Source: Patescibacteria group bacterium
Lineage (GTDB): Bacteria; Patescibacteriota; Patescibacteriia; Patescibacteriales; UBA12465
Direction of reading: 5' to 3'
NCBI GenBank assembly: GCA_028696995.1
Contig: JAQVFY010000004.1
Coordinates: 1 to 60,426 of the forward strand
DNA: 60,426 bases
Shown: positions 44,247-53,463 of the stretch, piece by piece
How the letters are laid out: each line of letters begins with the position of its first letter
Position numbering within the stretch: the first letter of the stretch is position 1
The notes under the pieces: generated by a model
Seen by the model: the letters and a program-made list of their open reading frames with translations, nothing else
Database searches by the model: none
Told to the model about the DNA's origin: nothing
Made by a program: the position numbers and the translations under genes

Positions 44247-45485
44247 TTAAACAACTAATCTTCTCAATACTGACAATTCTGGGATTTTTTTGTTTGATAG
44301 GATTTCTAAAGCAATTTCCTGCCCTCCTCCACCGCCATGGGCTTCGGTCATTTTTTTGCCAGTTTTGACATCTGTTATATCTCTTAAACCTAACTTTATT
44401 ATATCATAATTTGGTAAAATTATCTCTATTTTATCACCAGCCTTAATGGTATTATGAACTTTAATTCGCAAAATATTCAAAAATTTATCGCCTTTTCTAA
44501 TAATCTTAGACCCCACAATTTGCCCACAAAACTCCCACTCCGGAATAAAATGAGAATTCTTAATATTTTGTTCCCCCTTTTTACCCAATAAAAAACCAGT
44601 AGTATATCCACGATGAGTTATTTTACTCATCAGCTCTTTGTATAAAAAATTTATTTTTTCGGAACTCTCCATAGCTCTTTTATAAATACCAACAATATTA
44701 GCTAAATAATAAACGCTCTTAGCCCGTCCTTCAATTTTGAAACTGGTCACTCCCGCCTTTATTAATTCTGGCAAGCTTTTTATCAAACACAAATCTTTAG
44801 AATTTAATAAATATGAACCGTGTTCTTCTCTAACTAATTCTAACTCCTCCTTATGACCCTTAGCTTTAATAAAAACATCATACTCCCAGCGACAAGGCTG
44901 AACACAGTCACCTAAATTAGCACTACGATCAATAAAATCCTTAGATAAAAAACAGCGCCCTGAATAAGACATACACATAGCGCCATGAACAAAATATTCT
45001 AATTCCATTTTTGGACATTTTTTATGAATTTCCTTAATTTCCGATAAAGTTACCTCTCGACCTAAAATTATTCTTTTTACCCCCTGTTTATACCAAAACC
45101 TAACAGCTTCATAATTAGTGCAGTTAGCTTGAGTGGATAAATGAATGTCAATTTTCGGACAATACTTTTTAACTAAAGACAAAATACCAGGATCAGAGAT
45201 AATCAATCCGTCTGGCTTAATACCTTTTAAAACCTTTAAATATTTAGGCAATTTTTTAATATGATTATTGTGAGCAAAAATATTTATAGTAATATAAATT
45301 TTCTTTTTTTGAGCATGGACATAAGCCACAGCCTCCTTTAAGGATTTCAAATTAAAATCATTTATTCTAACCCGTAAAGAAAAATCAGGAATACCTAAAT
45401 AGACCGCATCAGCCCCGTGAGCTAAAGCGGTCTGCATTTTCAAAAAATTTCCAGCTGGAGCTAATAATTCTAATTTTTTAGACAT
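44247..45485 (-). CDS. peptidase U32 family protein
   Basis: The 412-aa product starts LELLAPAGN...GADAVY and carries the U32 signature region E.FVHGAMC.SYSGRC. Confidence 0.85.
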   Translation of the reverse strand: MSKKLELLAPAGNFLKMQTALAHGADAVYLGIPDFSLRVRINDFNLKSLKEAVAYVHAQKKKIYITINIFAHNNHIKKLPKYLKVLKGIKPDGLIISDPGILSLVKKYCPKIDIHLSTQANCTNYEAVRFWYKQGVKRIILGREVTLSEIKEIHKKCPKMELEYFVHGAMCMSYSGRCFLSKDFIDRSANLGDCVQPCRWEYDVFIKAKGHKEELELVREEHGSYLLNSKDLCLIKSLPELIKAGVTSFKIEGRAKSVYYLANIVGIYKRAMESSEKINFLYKELMSKITHRGYTTGFLLGKKGEQNIKNSHFIPEWEFCGQIVGSKIIRKGDKFLNILRIKVHNTIKAGDKIEIILPNYDIIKLGLRDITDVKTGKKMTEAHGGGGGQEIALEILSNKKIPELSVLRRLVV

Positions 45486-45506
45486 AAACCTAAAGACAAT
45501 AAAAAA

Positions 45507-46457
45507 CTATTTAAATCTTTTTACTCTAATTAATCCTCCTAATGGAATAATTTCTATTCCCCTCTTCTCAATTTCATCTAAGAATAAATTCATTCCCAAA
45601 GAATCCGAAGCCATGTGACCCGCAATAATCACATTGATGTGATATTTTTCAGCTTCTTTGCGATGCTCCTCATGCATATGCATACCAATAATCGTTCCTA
45701 TACCATATTGCGACATTTTCTCATAAATATCTTTCGACCCCGAAGTCCCTCCAGTAAATTCAGTAATAACTATTTTACCACAACGATTATCAGGGCTCCC
45801 AGAAAAAAGCATCGGACCGGCTTTTATTTTTCTAGCTTCAATATATTCTGGAATTTTATTAAATAAATCCAAAATATCTTCTACATACTCCAAATTTTTT
45901 TCTTGTTTCTTGATTAAATCAAATAAAAATCTAGCTCCTAGATTATCAGCAATGGTATGGGTACACATATAATCAAGTTTTAAGATTTTAGCTATATCCA
46001 CAAAACGATTATGATTCGCGCCAGAAATACTACGTCCAACTTCACTAATTCTAAGTTTGGTAATAGATTCGGCAATATTTATTGGTAACCCATACATAGC
46101 TAAAACTTCAGCCTGCAAATCTATAACACTATGAAGATCAGCTAAACCCACCCCCTCGGGATGATGAGAAATAACTAAATCGGCTTGCAAATCCTTAGCT
46201 AATAATAATTCTGCTCCCTCAGCATCAATTCCCGCTACTATTTTCTTTAAATCTTTTTTATTATTATCAACCAAAATCCTAGTATCACTATAAGGATTGC
46301 TTAATTTTTCCTGATCAAAAGATTCTTGCTCTTCTTTTTTTAATTTATCAAACTTCTCCTTCTGCCTTTTTAAATATTTTAAAACCTGATTCTCACCTCG
46401 CAAATCAGATTTTATACCTAGATCAATGGCTAATTTATAAATTTCTTTGGTAGTCAT
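45507..46457 (-). CDS. NIF3-like dinuclear metal-centre protein
   Basis: The 316-aa product carries LVISHHPE and a C-terminal GH..SD / metal-ligand pattern. Confidence 0.65.
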   Translation of the reverse strand: MTTKEIYKLAIDLGIKSDLRGENQVLKYLKRQKEKFDKLKKEEQESFDQEKLSNPYSDTRILVDNNKKDLKKIVAGIDAEGAELLLAKDLQADLVISHHPEGVGLADLHSVIDLQAEVLAMYGLPINIAESITKLRISEVGRSISGANHNRFVDIAKILKLDYMCTHTIADNLGARFLFDLIKKQEKNLEYVEDILDLFNKIPEYIEARKIKAGPMLFSGSPDNRCGKIVITEFTGGTSGSKDIYEKMSQYGIGTIIGMHMHEEHRKEAEKYHINVIIAGHMASDSLGMNLFLDEIEKRGIEIIPLGGLIRVKRFK

Positions 46458-46461
46458 ATTT

Positions 46462-47511
46462 TTATTTTTTATAAATAATATCTTTATTAGAAAAATAATT
46501 TCTATTACTAAAATATTTATCGGTTCTATTTATAATCCTATTCATAATAGCCACCGTTTCTGTCGGATATGTACCAATGGCTGTTTCATCAGATAACATC
46601 ACAGCATCAGCTCCATCAAAAATAGCATTAGCAACGTCGCTAACCTCAGCTCTAGTCGGGCGATAATGATCAACCATTGAGGCCATCATTTGAGTTGCCA
46701 CAATTGCCGGCCTATCATGCCAATGAGCATGACGAATTAGATTCTTTTGAATAATTGGCAAATCTTCTAAAGGAACCTCGATACCTAAATCACCTCGAGC
46801 TATCATAATAGCATCAGATTCCCTAATAATACTATCAATGTTTTCCAAAGCAATTCCTCGTTCAATTTTAGATATTATTTTAATATTTTTATTCTTTAAT
46901 GCCTTTCTAACCTTGATAACATCTTCAGCTCTCTGAATAAAAGAGGCAGCTACAAAATCAGGTTCAACCTCTTGAGCAAACTTAATATCAAGTAAATCTT
47001 TGGCGGTCAAAATATCTCTATTTAAAATAGTTTTAGGAACATTAACCCCTTTACGAGAAAGGAGCAAACCCCCTCTTTCTACCTTGGCCAAGAATCTTTT
47101 TTTCAATAAATCTATTTCCACCACTCTTAACTCTATAGAACCATTATCTAAAAATATAGGATCGTCTAATTTTAAGTCTTTAATTAAATCTAGGTCATCA
47201 ATTGGAACTTCTAAATTATCAATATTACCTTTGTTATACATAAAAACATAAGTTTCTCCCTCTAACATTTCTATTTCGTGCTTTAATTTTCCAACCCTGA
47301 TTCTTGGACCTTGTAAATCAAATATTATTTTAATATTCAAACTTAATTCGGAATTCAGTTTATCAATATTTTCTTTGATTTTATAATACTGATCATAACT
47401 CGCATGAGAAAAATTCAATCTAATCATATCTAAACCATTGATAGCCATAGACTTTAAAACAGAATAATCTTCTGACTTTGGTCCAATTGTTGCAATTATT
47501 TTGGTGTTCAT
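46462..47511 (-). CDS. pyk: pyruvate kinase lacking the C-terminal regulatory domain
   Basis: The product carries TKIIATIGPKS, MIRLNFSH, MIARGDLGIEVP and VATQMMASM. I prefer the start at M12. At about 349 aa it is shorter than the usual length of about 470 aa. Confidence 0.85.
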   Translation of the reverse strand: MNTKIIATIGPKSEDYSVLKSMAINGLDMIRLNFSHASYDQYYKIKENIDKLNSELSLNIKIIFDLQGPRIRVGKLKHEIEMLEGETYVFMYNKGNIDNLEVPIDDLDLIKDLKLDDPIFLDNGSIELRVVEIDLLKKRFLAKVERGGLLLSRKGVNVPKTILNRDILTAKDLLDIKFAQEVEPDFVAASFIQRAEDVIKVRKALKNKNIKIISKIERGIALENIDSIIRESDAIMIARGDLGIEVPLEDLPIIQKNLIRHAHWHDRPAIVATQMMASMVDHYRPTRAEVSDVANAIFDGADAVMLSDETAIGTYPTETVAIMNRIINRTDKYFSNRNYFSNKDIIYKK

Positions 47512-47544
47512 TTTATTATTATAAATTATTATGATTATTAGCAA

Positions 47545-48444
47545 TTATTCTTTGATTCCTCTCAAAGCTCGGATACGCTCTTCTACTGGCGGATGGGTCA
47601 TAAAAGCCTTGGCTAAAAAACCGCTTTTTCTCTTCCCTCTCAGTGGTGAAGCAATATATAAATGAGCTGTTGCTCGATTAACAGTTCTAAGTTCATGAGG
47701 ATCAGAAGAAATTTTTTCTAAAGCTCGAGCCAAGCCCTCGGGATAACGAGTCATCAAAGCTCCATCAGCATCAGCTAAAAATTCTCTTTTTCGAGAAATA
47801 GCAAATTGCATCATATAAGCAAAAAATGGAGCTAAAATAGCAAAAACTATAGCAATCACAATAATAAGAACTCCACCTTTATTATTTTCCCTAGAACTAT
47901 TACCTCTAGAATAAAAAGCCCAACGGCTAAACCAATCAGCTAACAAAACTATCATCCCGACCAAAACCGTTACTAAAGTTGCTAATAAAATATCATAGTT
48001 TTTGATATGAGATAATTCGTGAGCAATAACACCCTCTAATTCGCTCCGATCTAATTTTTCTAAAAGGCCAGTGGTCACCGCCACTACGGCATTCTTTGGA
48101 TTTCGACCAGTAGCAAAAGCATTGGGAGCGGGATCACTAATAATATATATTTTGGGCAAAGGAAGCCCAGTACTAATACATAGATTTTCTACTAAACGAT
48201 ATAGTTCTTTATTATCTTCAAATTTTAATTCCTTGGCGTTGCTCATCTTTAAAACAATCTTATCACTAAACCAATAAGCAATAAAAGAAGAAAAAATAGA
48301 AAAAGCTACAACAACATATAAGATTACTGAATTTTCCATAGCCACACTAAAGATATAGCCAACTATCATAGCAAAAATTAAAAATCCGGTAAATAAAAAC
48401 CAGGTTCTTCTTTTATTTTTATCACTATTATTATATAAAGTCAT
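47545..48444 (-). CDS. htpX: M48-family zinc protease HtpX
   Basis: The product carries HELSHIKN (HExxH) and has a 4-TM topology. I prefer the start at M14 because the longer ORF begins inside the hairpin at 48454-48484. Confidence 0.85.
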   Translation of the reverse strand: MTLYNNSDKNKRRTWFLFTGFLIFAMIVGYIFSVAMENSVILYVVVAFSIFSSFIAYWFSDKIVLKMSNAKELKFEDNKELYRLVENLCISTGLPLPKIYIISDPAPNAFATGRNPKNAVVAVTTGLLEKLDRSELEGVIAHELSHIKNYDILLATLVTVLVGMIVLLADWFSRWAFYSRGNSSRENNKGGVLIIVIAIVFAILAPFFAYMMQFAISRKREFLADADGALMTRYPEGLARALEKISSDPHELRTVNRATAHLYIASPLRGKRKSGFLAKAFMTHPPVEERIRALRGIKE

Positions 48445-48526
48445 ATATTTTAAATTGCCTTGTTGAGATTCAAAGCAAGGCAATTATATTAAAAATATTA
48501 TTTTGTTTCAATAATAAATTGCCGAA

Positions 48527-48676
48527 TTATTCTAAAAAAACCTTATAAGCAACTAAGGCAATAATAACTGCAAAAACAACAATGCCGACAATCGGCCAAA
48601 GTAATGATCCACTATTAGATGCTGTAGTAGTGGCTTGAGGAATAAAATCACTTCCCATAGGAATAGCTTGATTCAT
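48527..48676 (-). CDS. possible 49-aa single-pass membrane peptide
   Basis: I translated this by hand because it is below the ORF-track cutoff. The product is MNQAIPMGSDFIPQATTTASNSGSLLWPIVGIVVFAVIIALVAYKVFLE. It lies between lemA and htpX on the same strand. Confidence 0.35.
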   Translation of the reverse strand: MNQAIPMGSDFIPQATTTASNSGSLLWPIVGIVVFAVIIALVAYKVFLE

Positions 48677-48696
48677 AAATATAAATATAAACTTAA

Positions 48697-49263
48697 TTAA
48701 AATTTAACTTGAATGTTTTCTCTCTGAGTAGCTTCTTCAATTTCAAAAAATTGACGAGAAGAAAAACCTAATTGTTTAGCAATAATATTAGTCGGAAAAA
48801 CTTGGACCTTAGTGTTAAAATCACGAACATTACCGTTGTAAAAGCGACGAGAAGCCTGAATCTTATTTTCAGTGTCAGATAATTCTTTTTGCAATTCTAA
48901 AAAATTTTGATTAGCTTTTAAATCGGGGTAATTTTCACTAAGTGCAAAAATTGATTTCAAGGTTGAAGACAAAGCATTTTCAGCTTGAAGCTTGCCCTCA
49001 ATATCAGAACTATTTTGCATTGACATGGCAGTATTTCTGGCTTCAACCACTTTTTCTAAAGTTTCTCTTTCATGAACAGCATATCCCTTCACAGTCTCGA
49101 CTAAATTTGGAATCAAATCATAACGTCTTTTTAATTGAACATCGATGTCACTCCAAGCTTCATCAACTCGGTTTTTTAAGCGAATCAAACCATTATACAT
49201 AGATATAAGGGCGATAATAATAATTAGCACAATCGCTAAAATTATCCAAAGTATTGTGGACAT
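48697..49263 (-). CDS. lemA: LemA family protein
   Basis: The 188-aa product has an N-terminal TM helix. It carries NGLIRLKNRVDEAWSDIDVQLKRRYDLIPNLV and the C-terminal FPTNIIA motif. Confidence 0.85.
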   Translation of the reverse strand: MSTILWIILAIVLIIIIALISMYNGLIRLKNRVDEAWSDIDVQLKRRYDLIPNLVETVKGYAVHERETLEKVVEARNTAMSMQNSSDIEGKLQAENALSSTLKSIFALSENYPDLKANQNFLELQKELSDTENKIQASRRFYNGNVRDFNTKVQVFPTNIIAKQLGFSSRQFFEIEEATQRENIQVKF

Positions 49264-49321
49264 AATTTTTTTTATTAATTATAAGCTAGCTTTATTATAA
49301 CAAAAATTGACCTAAAATACA

Positions 49322-49353
49322 AGAAAAAATTTGGTTGACAGTTTACTGTCAAC
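49322..49353 (-). terminator. probable terminator of ileS
   Basis: The minus-strand hairpin GTTGACAG-TAAA-CTGTCAAC lies at 49353-49334, 3 nt after the TGA stop. A TTTTTT run follows within 5 nt. Confidence 0.5.
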
Positions 49354-49355
49354 TG

Positions 49356-52277
49356 TCAACTTAAAGCAATTATTATCTCCTTATTATCAACCCTAATCTT
49401 TACCCCCTCCTCTTCAGAGATATTACCTAAACTAATATCAGAACTTAGAGTTTCCTTCTTGATGTCTTCAGCAAATTTAGCTAAAACTTCTTTAATAAAA
49501 TCATCAGAAAAACTAATAATAACCTTGGCTTGATCATTAATAGACAATCCTAAATCTTTGCGCCTTAAGTTTATAAACCGAATCAATTCTCGTTTAGCGC
49601 CCTCCATTTTTAGCTCTGAACTGATATTAGTATCGAGCTCTACTCTAATATCACCCTCTTCCTCAATAACATCAACTCCTTTGATATTTAATTCTTCAAC
49701 TATTAAATCTAGATATTCTTTTTTACCAAAGATCTTTAAACCGTTGGCAAAAACCTTGGCCCCTCCTAGAATTTGTCTAACTTTAATTCCAGCCTTATCA
49801 CGCTCAGCCAAACCTAATTCCACAACCTTCCTAACCTCATCCATAGTCTCAATAATCTCATTCTCCCCATCTTTAACCTGATAATTGGGCCAACTTTCCA
49901 AATGAACGCTTTTCTCTGAATCAGAAAAATTTAAATTATTAACTTTCTGCCATAAATCTTCAGCTATAAAAGGCATAAACGGAGCCATAACTTTAGATAA
50001 ATTAATAAAAACAAAACGCATAACTGCTAAGGCCGTTTTCTTTTCTTCAATATCATCTCCCTTTAAACGATCACGACTACGACGCAAATACCAAGTAGAA
50101 AATTCATCAATAAATTCAGTTATCGGGCGCATTGATTTATTTAAATTATAAGCTAACATCGAATCTTCGACTATTTTAATTAAATGATTAATTTTCACTA
50201 TAATCCACAAATCTAAAACATTTTTACTGGTTTCATATTTAACATAATCAATCTCATCTAAATCTTCGGCGTACATTTGATAAAAATTATAAATATTATT
50301 TAAAAGCATAATATTTTTACGCAAAGCTTCCTCAGTCCCCTTCTCAGCAAAATTAAAATTCTCAGCCCGAACTACTGGCGAAGAAAGCAAATAGGCCCTT
50401 AATGAATCAGCTCCATATTTATCAATTATCATTATTGGGTCAGGATAATTTTGCAATCTTTTAGCCATTTTCTTACCATCCTCAGCTAAAACCATACCAT
50501 TAACTACTACATTTTTATAAGCATTTTTACCAAAAAGACCCACGGCAATAACATGCAAATAATAAAACCAAGCTCGAGTTTGATCAATGCCTTCGGCAAT
50601 AAACTCAGCTGGAAAATTTTTCTCAAACTTTTCCTTATTAGCAAAAGGATAATGAAGTTGAGCATAGGGCATAGAACCACTCTCAAACCAACAATCCAAA
50701 ACATCAGGAACTCTTTTCATTTTTCCAGCACAAACTGGACAAGGAAATTCAATTTTATCAACTACATCTTTATGAATATCAGCTATTTTTTGACCACTAG
50801 CCTCCTCTAAATCTTTAACACTGCCAAAAACTTTTCTCTCCCCACAAGCACATTCCCAAATCGGCATAACACTGGCCCAAAATCTTTGTCGAGAAATTGA
50901 CCAATCACGCGCCCCCTCTAGCCAATTACCAAAACGTCCTTCTTTCAAATAATCAGGTGACCAATTAATATTTTTAGCCTCACGCAATAAATCGTCTTTA
51001 ATTTTAGTAACATTAACGAACCAAGATGAAGTAGCATAATTTATAAGTGGAGTATCACAACGCCAACAATGCGGATAACTATGCTCATATTTAGCTTTGT
51101 CAAATAATAAATTTTTACCAGCTAAATATTTAATAATTTCAATATCAGTTGACATATGATCACCACTAGGCTTGACGTTTAGTCCTTTAAAATCAATAAC
51201 CTCGTCTTTGAAGTAGCCGTCGATATTTAAATGTTGAATAAAAGGTAAATTATTTTCCTTCCCTAAATTCATATCATCCTGACCAAAGGCTGGAGCAATA
51301 TGAACTACGCCAGTCCCATCCTCGATAGTAACAAAATCAGCTGAATAAATTTTCCAAGCATTTTCCTTTTTTTCAATTTTCTCATCATTAACATAATAAT
51401 TAAATAGAGGTTTATATTTTTTACCTAATAATTTTTCGCCCTTAAAACTATCTATAAGATCATATTTTTTTTCTTTAATAACATCCTCTAGTCTCTCTTT
51501 GGCTAAAATATATTTTTCGATTTCACCATCTTCTTTGGTATGAGAAATTTTTACGTAATCAATTTCTTGCCCCACGGCCAAGGCGGTATTTCCAATCAAA
51601 GTCCAAGGAGTAGTAGTCCAAGCCAAAACAAAAGTCCCCAGCTCATCCTCTAATTCAAACTTAGCAATACAAGACAAATCCTTAATATCGGCATAACCCT
51701 CGGCTACCTCTGATTGTGATAAAGTCGTCTCGCATCTCGGACAAACATGCATAGAACGATAATCCTTATAAATCAAATCCTTGTCCCATAAACTTTTAAA
51801 CACCCACCAAATTGACTCCATAAAACTTAAATCCATAGTATGATAAGCGTTTTTTTGATCCACAAAACGACCTAATTTATCAGAAACCCTATACCACTCT
51901 TGAGCATATTCTAAAACTTTGGAACGACAGGTTTGATTAAATTTATCTACTCCCATTTCTTCAATATCTTTTTTGGTTTTAATATTCATTTCCTTCTCAA
52001 CAATATTTTCAATCGGCAAGCCATGACAATCCCAACCCCACTTTCGTTCCACTCTATAGCCCTTCATAGTAAAAAATCTAGGAAAAACATCTTTCATGAT
52101 TTGACCAACAATATGACCATAATGAGGTGTCCCTGTAGCAAAAGGTGGTCCATCATAAAAAACATAATCTCCTTTAGGAGCTGGCCTATCAACTGATTTT
52201 TGAAAAATTTTATTATTATTCCAAAAATCCAAAACCTGCTCTTCCATTTTTATTTTTTTACCTTCTTTATTATCCAT
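49356..52277 (-). CDS. ileS: isoleucine--tRNA ligase, type 2 (archaeal/eukaryote-like form)
   Basis: The 973-aa product carries FYDGPPFATGTPHYGH (the HIGH region) and KMAKRLQN (the KMSKS region), with WDCHGLPIE in between. Confidence 0.9.
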   Translation of the reverse strand: MDNKEGKKIKMEEQVLDFWNNNKIFQKSVDRPAPKGDYVFYDGPPFATGTPHYGHIVGQIMKDVFPRFFTMKGYRVERKWGWDCHGLPIENIVEKEMNIKTKKDIEEMGVDKFNQTCRSKVLEYAQEWYRVSDKLGRFVDQKNAYHTMDLSFMESIWWVFKSLWDKDLIYKDYRSMHVCPRCETTLSQSEVAEGYADIKDLSCIAKFELEDELGTFVLAWTTTPWTLIGNTALAVGQEIDYVKISHTKEDGEIEKYILAKERLEDVIKEKKYDLIDSFKGEKLLGKKYKPLFNYYVNDEKIEKKENAWKIYSADFVTIEDGTGVVHIAPAFGQDDMNLGKENNLPFIQHLNIDGYFKDEVIDFKGLNVKPSGDHMSTDIEIIKYLAGKNLLFDKAKYEHSYPHCWRCDTPLINYATSSWFVNVTKIKDDLLREAKNINWSPDYLKEGRFGNWLEGARDWSISRQRFWASVMPIWECACGERKVFGSVKDLEEASGQKIADIHKDVVDKIEFPCPVCAGKMKRVPDVLDCWFESGSMPYAQLHYPFANKEKFEKNFPAEFIAEGIDQTRAWFYYLHVIAVGLFGKNAYKNVVVNGMVLAEDGKKMAKRLQNYPDPIMIIDKYGADSLRAYLLSSPVVRAENFNFAEKGTEEALRKNIMLLNNIYNFYQMYAEDLDEIDYVKYETSKNVLDLWIIVKINHLIKIVEDSMLAYNLNKSMRPITEFIDEFSTWYLRRSRDRLKGDDIEEKKTALAVMRFVFINLSKVMAPFMPFIAEDLWQKVNNLNFSDSEKSVHLESWPNYQVKDGENEIIETMDEVRKVVELGLAERDKAGIKVRQILGGAKVFANGLKIFGKKEYLDLIVEELNIKGVDVIEEEGDIRVELDTNISSELKMEGAKRELIRFINLRRKDLGLSINDQAKVIISFSDDFIKEVLAKFAEDIKKETLSSDISLGNISEEEGVKIRVDNKEIIIALS

Positions 52278-52281
52278 ATTT

Positions 52282-53463
52282 TTATTTTATTTTTAAATTT
52301 TTAAATTTTTTATTTTTTAATCCTGCCGGTAAATAAGTTTGCCCACTATCATCTACTTCCGGGCTATATTTATAGTCCTTACCATAACCCAATTCTTTCA
52401 TTAACTTACTAGAAGCATTACGTAAATGAATTGGTACTGGCAAATTTCCACTCTCTCTAATTTCTTCTAATGTAATATTGTATGCTTTATAAGCAGAAAT
52501 GCTTTTAGGAGATTTAGCTAGATACATAACACAATGAGCTAAAATTACCGAACATTCTGGCAAACCAATATTGCGACAAGCTTCATAAGTATTATTAGCA
52601 ACCATTAAAGCACTATTATTAGCCAAGCCAATATCTTCACTAGCAAAACGAATTAAGCGACGAGCAATAAATAAAGGATCTTCTCCGGCTTCAATCATTC
52701 GAGCTGTCCAATAAACCGAGGCCTTAACATCTCCACCACGCATAGACTTATGTAAAGCTGAAATAATATTATAATGTTCATCCCCCTTTTTATCATAATT
52801 TAATTGCGGCTTATTGATAATCTCTTTTATCAATTCAACAGAGATATCCTTACCTGATTCTACAGCCAACTCCAAAATATTCAAAGAACGTCGAGCATCA
52901 CCCTGCCCCAGTCGAGCTATAAGCTTAGCAATTTTTTTATCAATTTTCAAGTTCAAAGCCTTAGTTCCTCTATCAATTATTTTTAATAAGTCCGCTTCGC
53001 TTAAAGTCTCTAAGATTACTACTTTTAAACGAGAAAGTAAAGCCGAATTAACAGAAAAACTAGGATTTTCAGTAGTAGCCCCAATTAATATTAAAATACC
53101 ATTTTCCACCTGAGGCAAAAGAGCATCTTGCTGGGCCTTATTCCAACGATGAATTTCATCAATAAATAAAATTGTTTTTATTCCTAAACGTTTATTAGCC
53201 TCAGCTCTGTCAACTATATCTTTCAAATCTTTTTTTCCACTTTCAGTAGCAGAAATAGAACTAAACTCCGCTTTAGTTTCTTTGGCAATAATAAAAGCTA
53301 AGGTAGTCTTGCCCGAACCTGGAGGGCCCCAAAAAATTAAAGATGGGACCTGATCCCTTTCGATAGCCAATCTCAACCAAGAATTTCTCCCAATAACCCC
53401 CTCCTGACCAAAAAATGTTTTTAAATTATCGGGACGTAAAGTTGTAGCTAAAGGAATTTTCAT
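52282..53463 (-). CDS. rarA: replication-associated recombination protein A (AAA+ ATPase)
   Basis: The 393-aa product carries Walker A GPPGSGKTT and Walker B LFIDEIHRWNK. It also carries the C-terminal MgsA motifs HYNIISALHKSMRG and FASEDIG. Confidence 0.85.
   Translation of the reverse strand: MKIPLATTLRPDNLKTFFGQEGVIGRNSWLRLAIERDQVPSLIFWGPPGSGKTTLAFIIAKETKAEFSSISATESGKKDLKDIVDRAEANKRLGIKTILFIDEIHRWNKAQQDALLPQVENGILILIGATTENPSFSVNSALLSRLKVVILETLSEADLLKIIDRGTKALNLKIDKKIAKLIARLGQGDARRSLNILELAVESGKDISVELIKEIINKPQLNYDKKGDEHYNIISALHKSMRGGDVKASVYWTARMIEAGEDPLFIARRLIRFASEDIGLANNSALMVANNTYEACRNIGLPECSVILAHCVMYLAKSPKSISAYKAYNITLEEIRESGNLPVPIHLRNASSKLMKELGYGKDYKYSPEVDDSGQTYLPAGLKNKKFKNLKIK

Noticed and set aside
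47512-48483. The longer N-terminal extensions given in the ORF track for pyruvate kinase (MLIIIIIYNNK...) and HtpX (MPCFESQQGNLKY...), and likewise for the methyltransferase (13893-13949).
   Set aside because: The extensions are non-conserved and low-complexity, overlap a neighbouring gene or begin inside a hairpin. Internal ATGs coincide with the conserved family N-termini.
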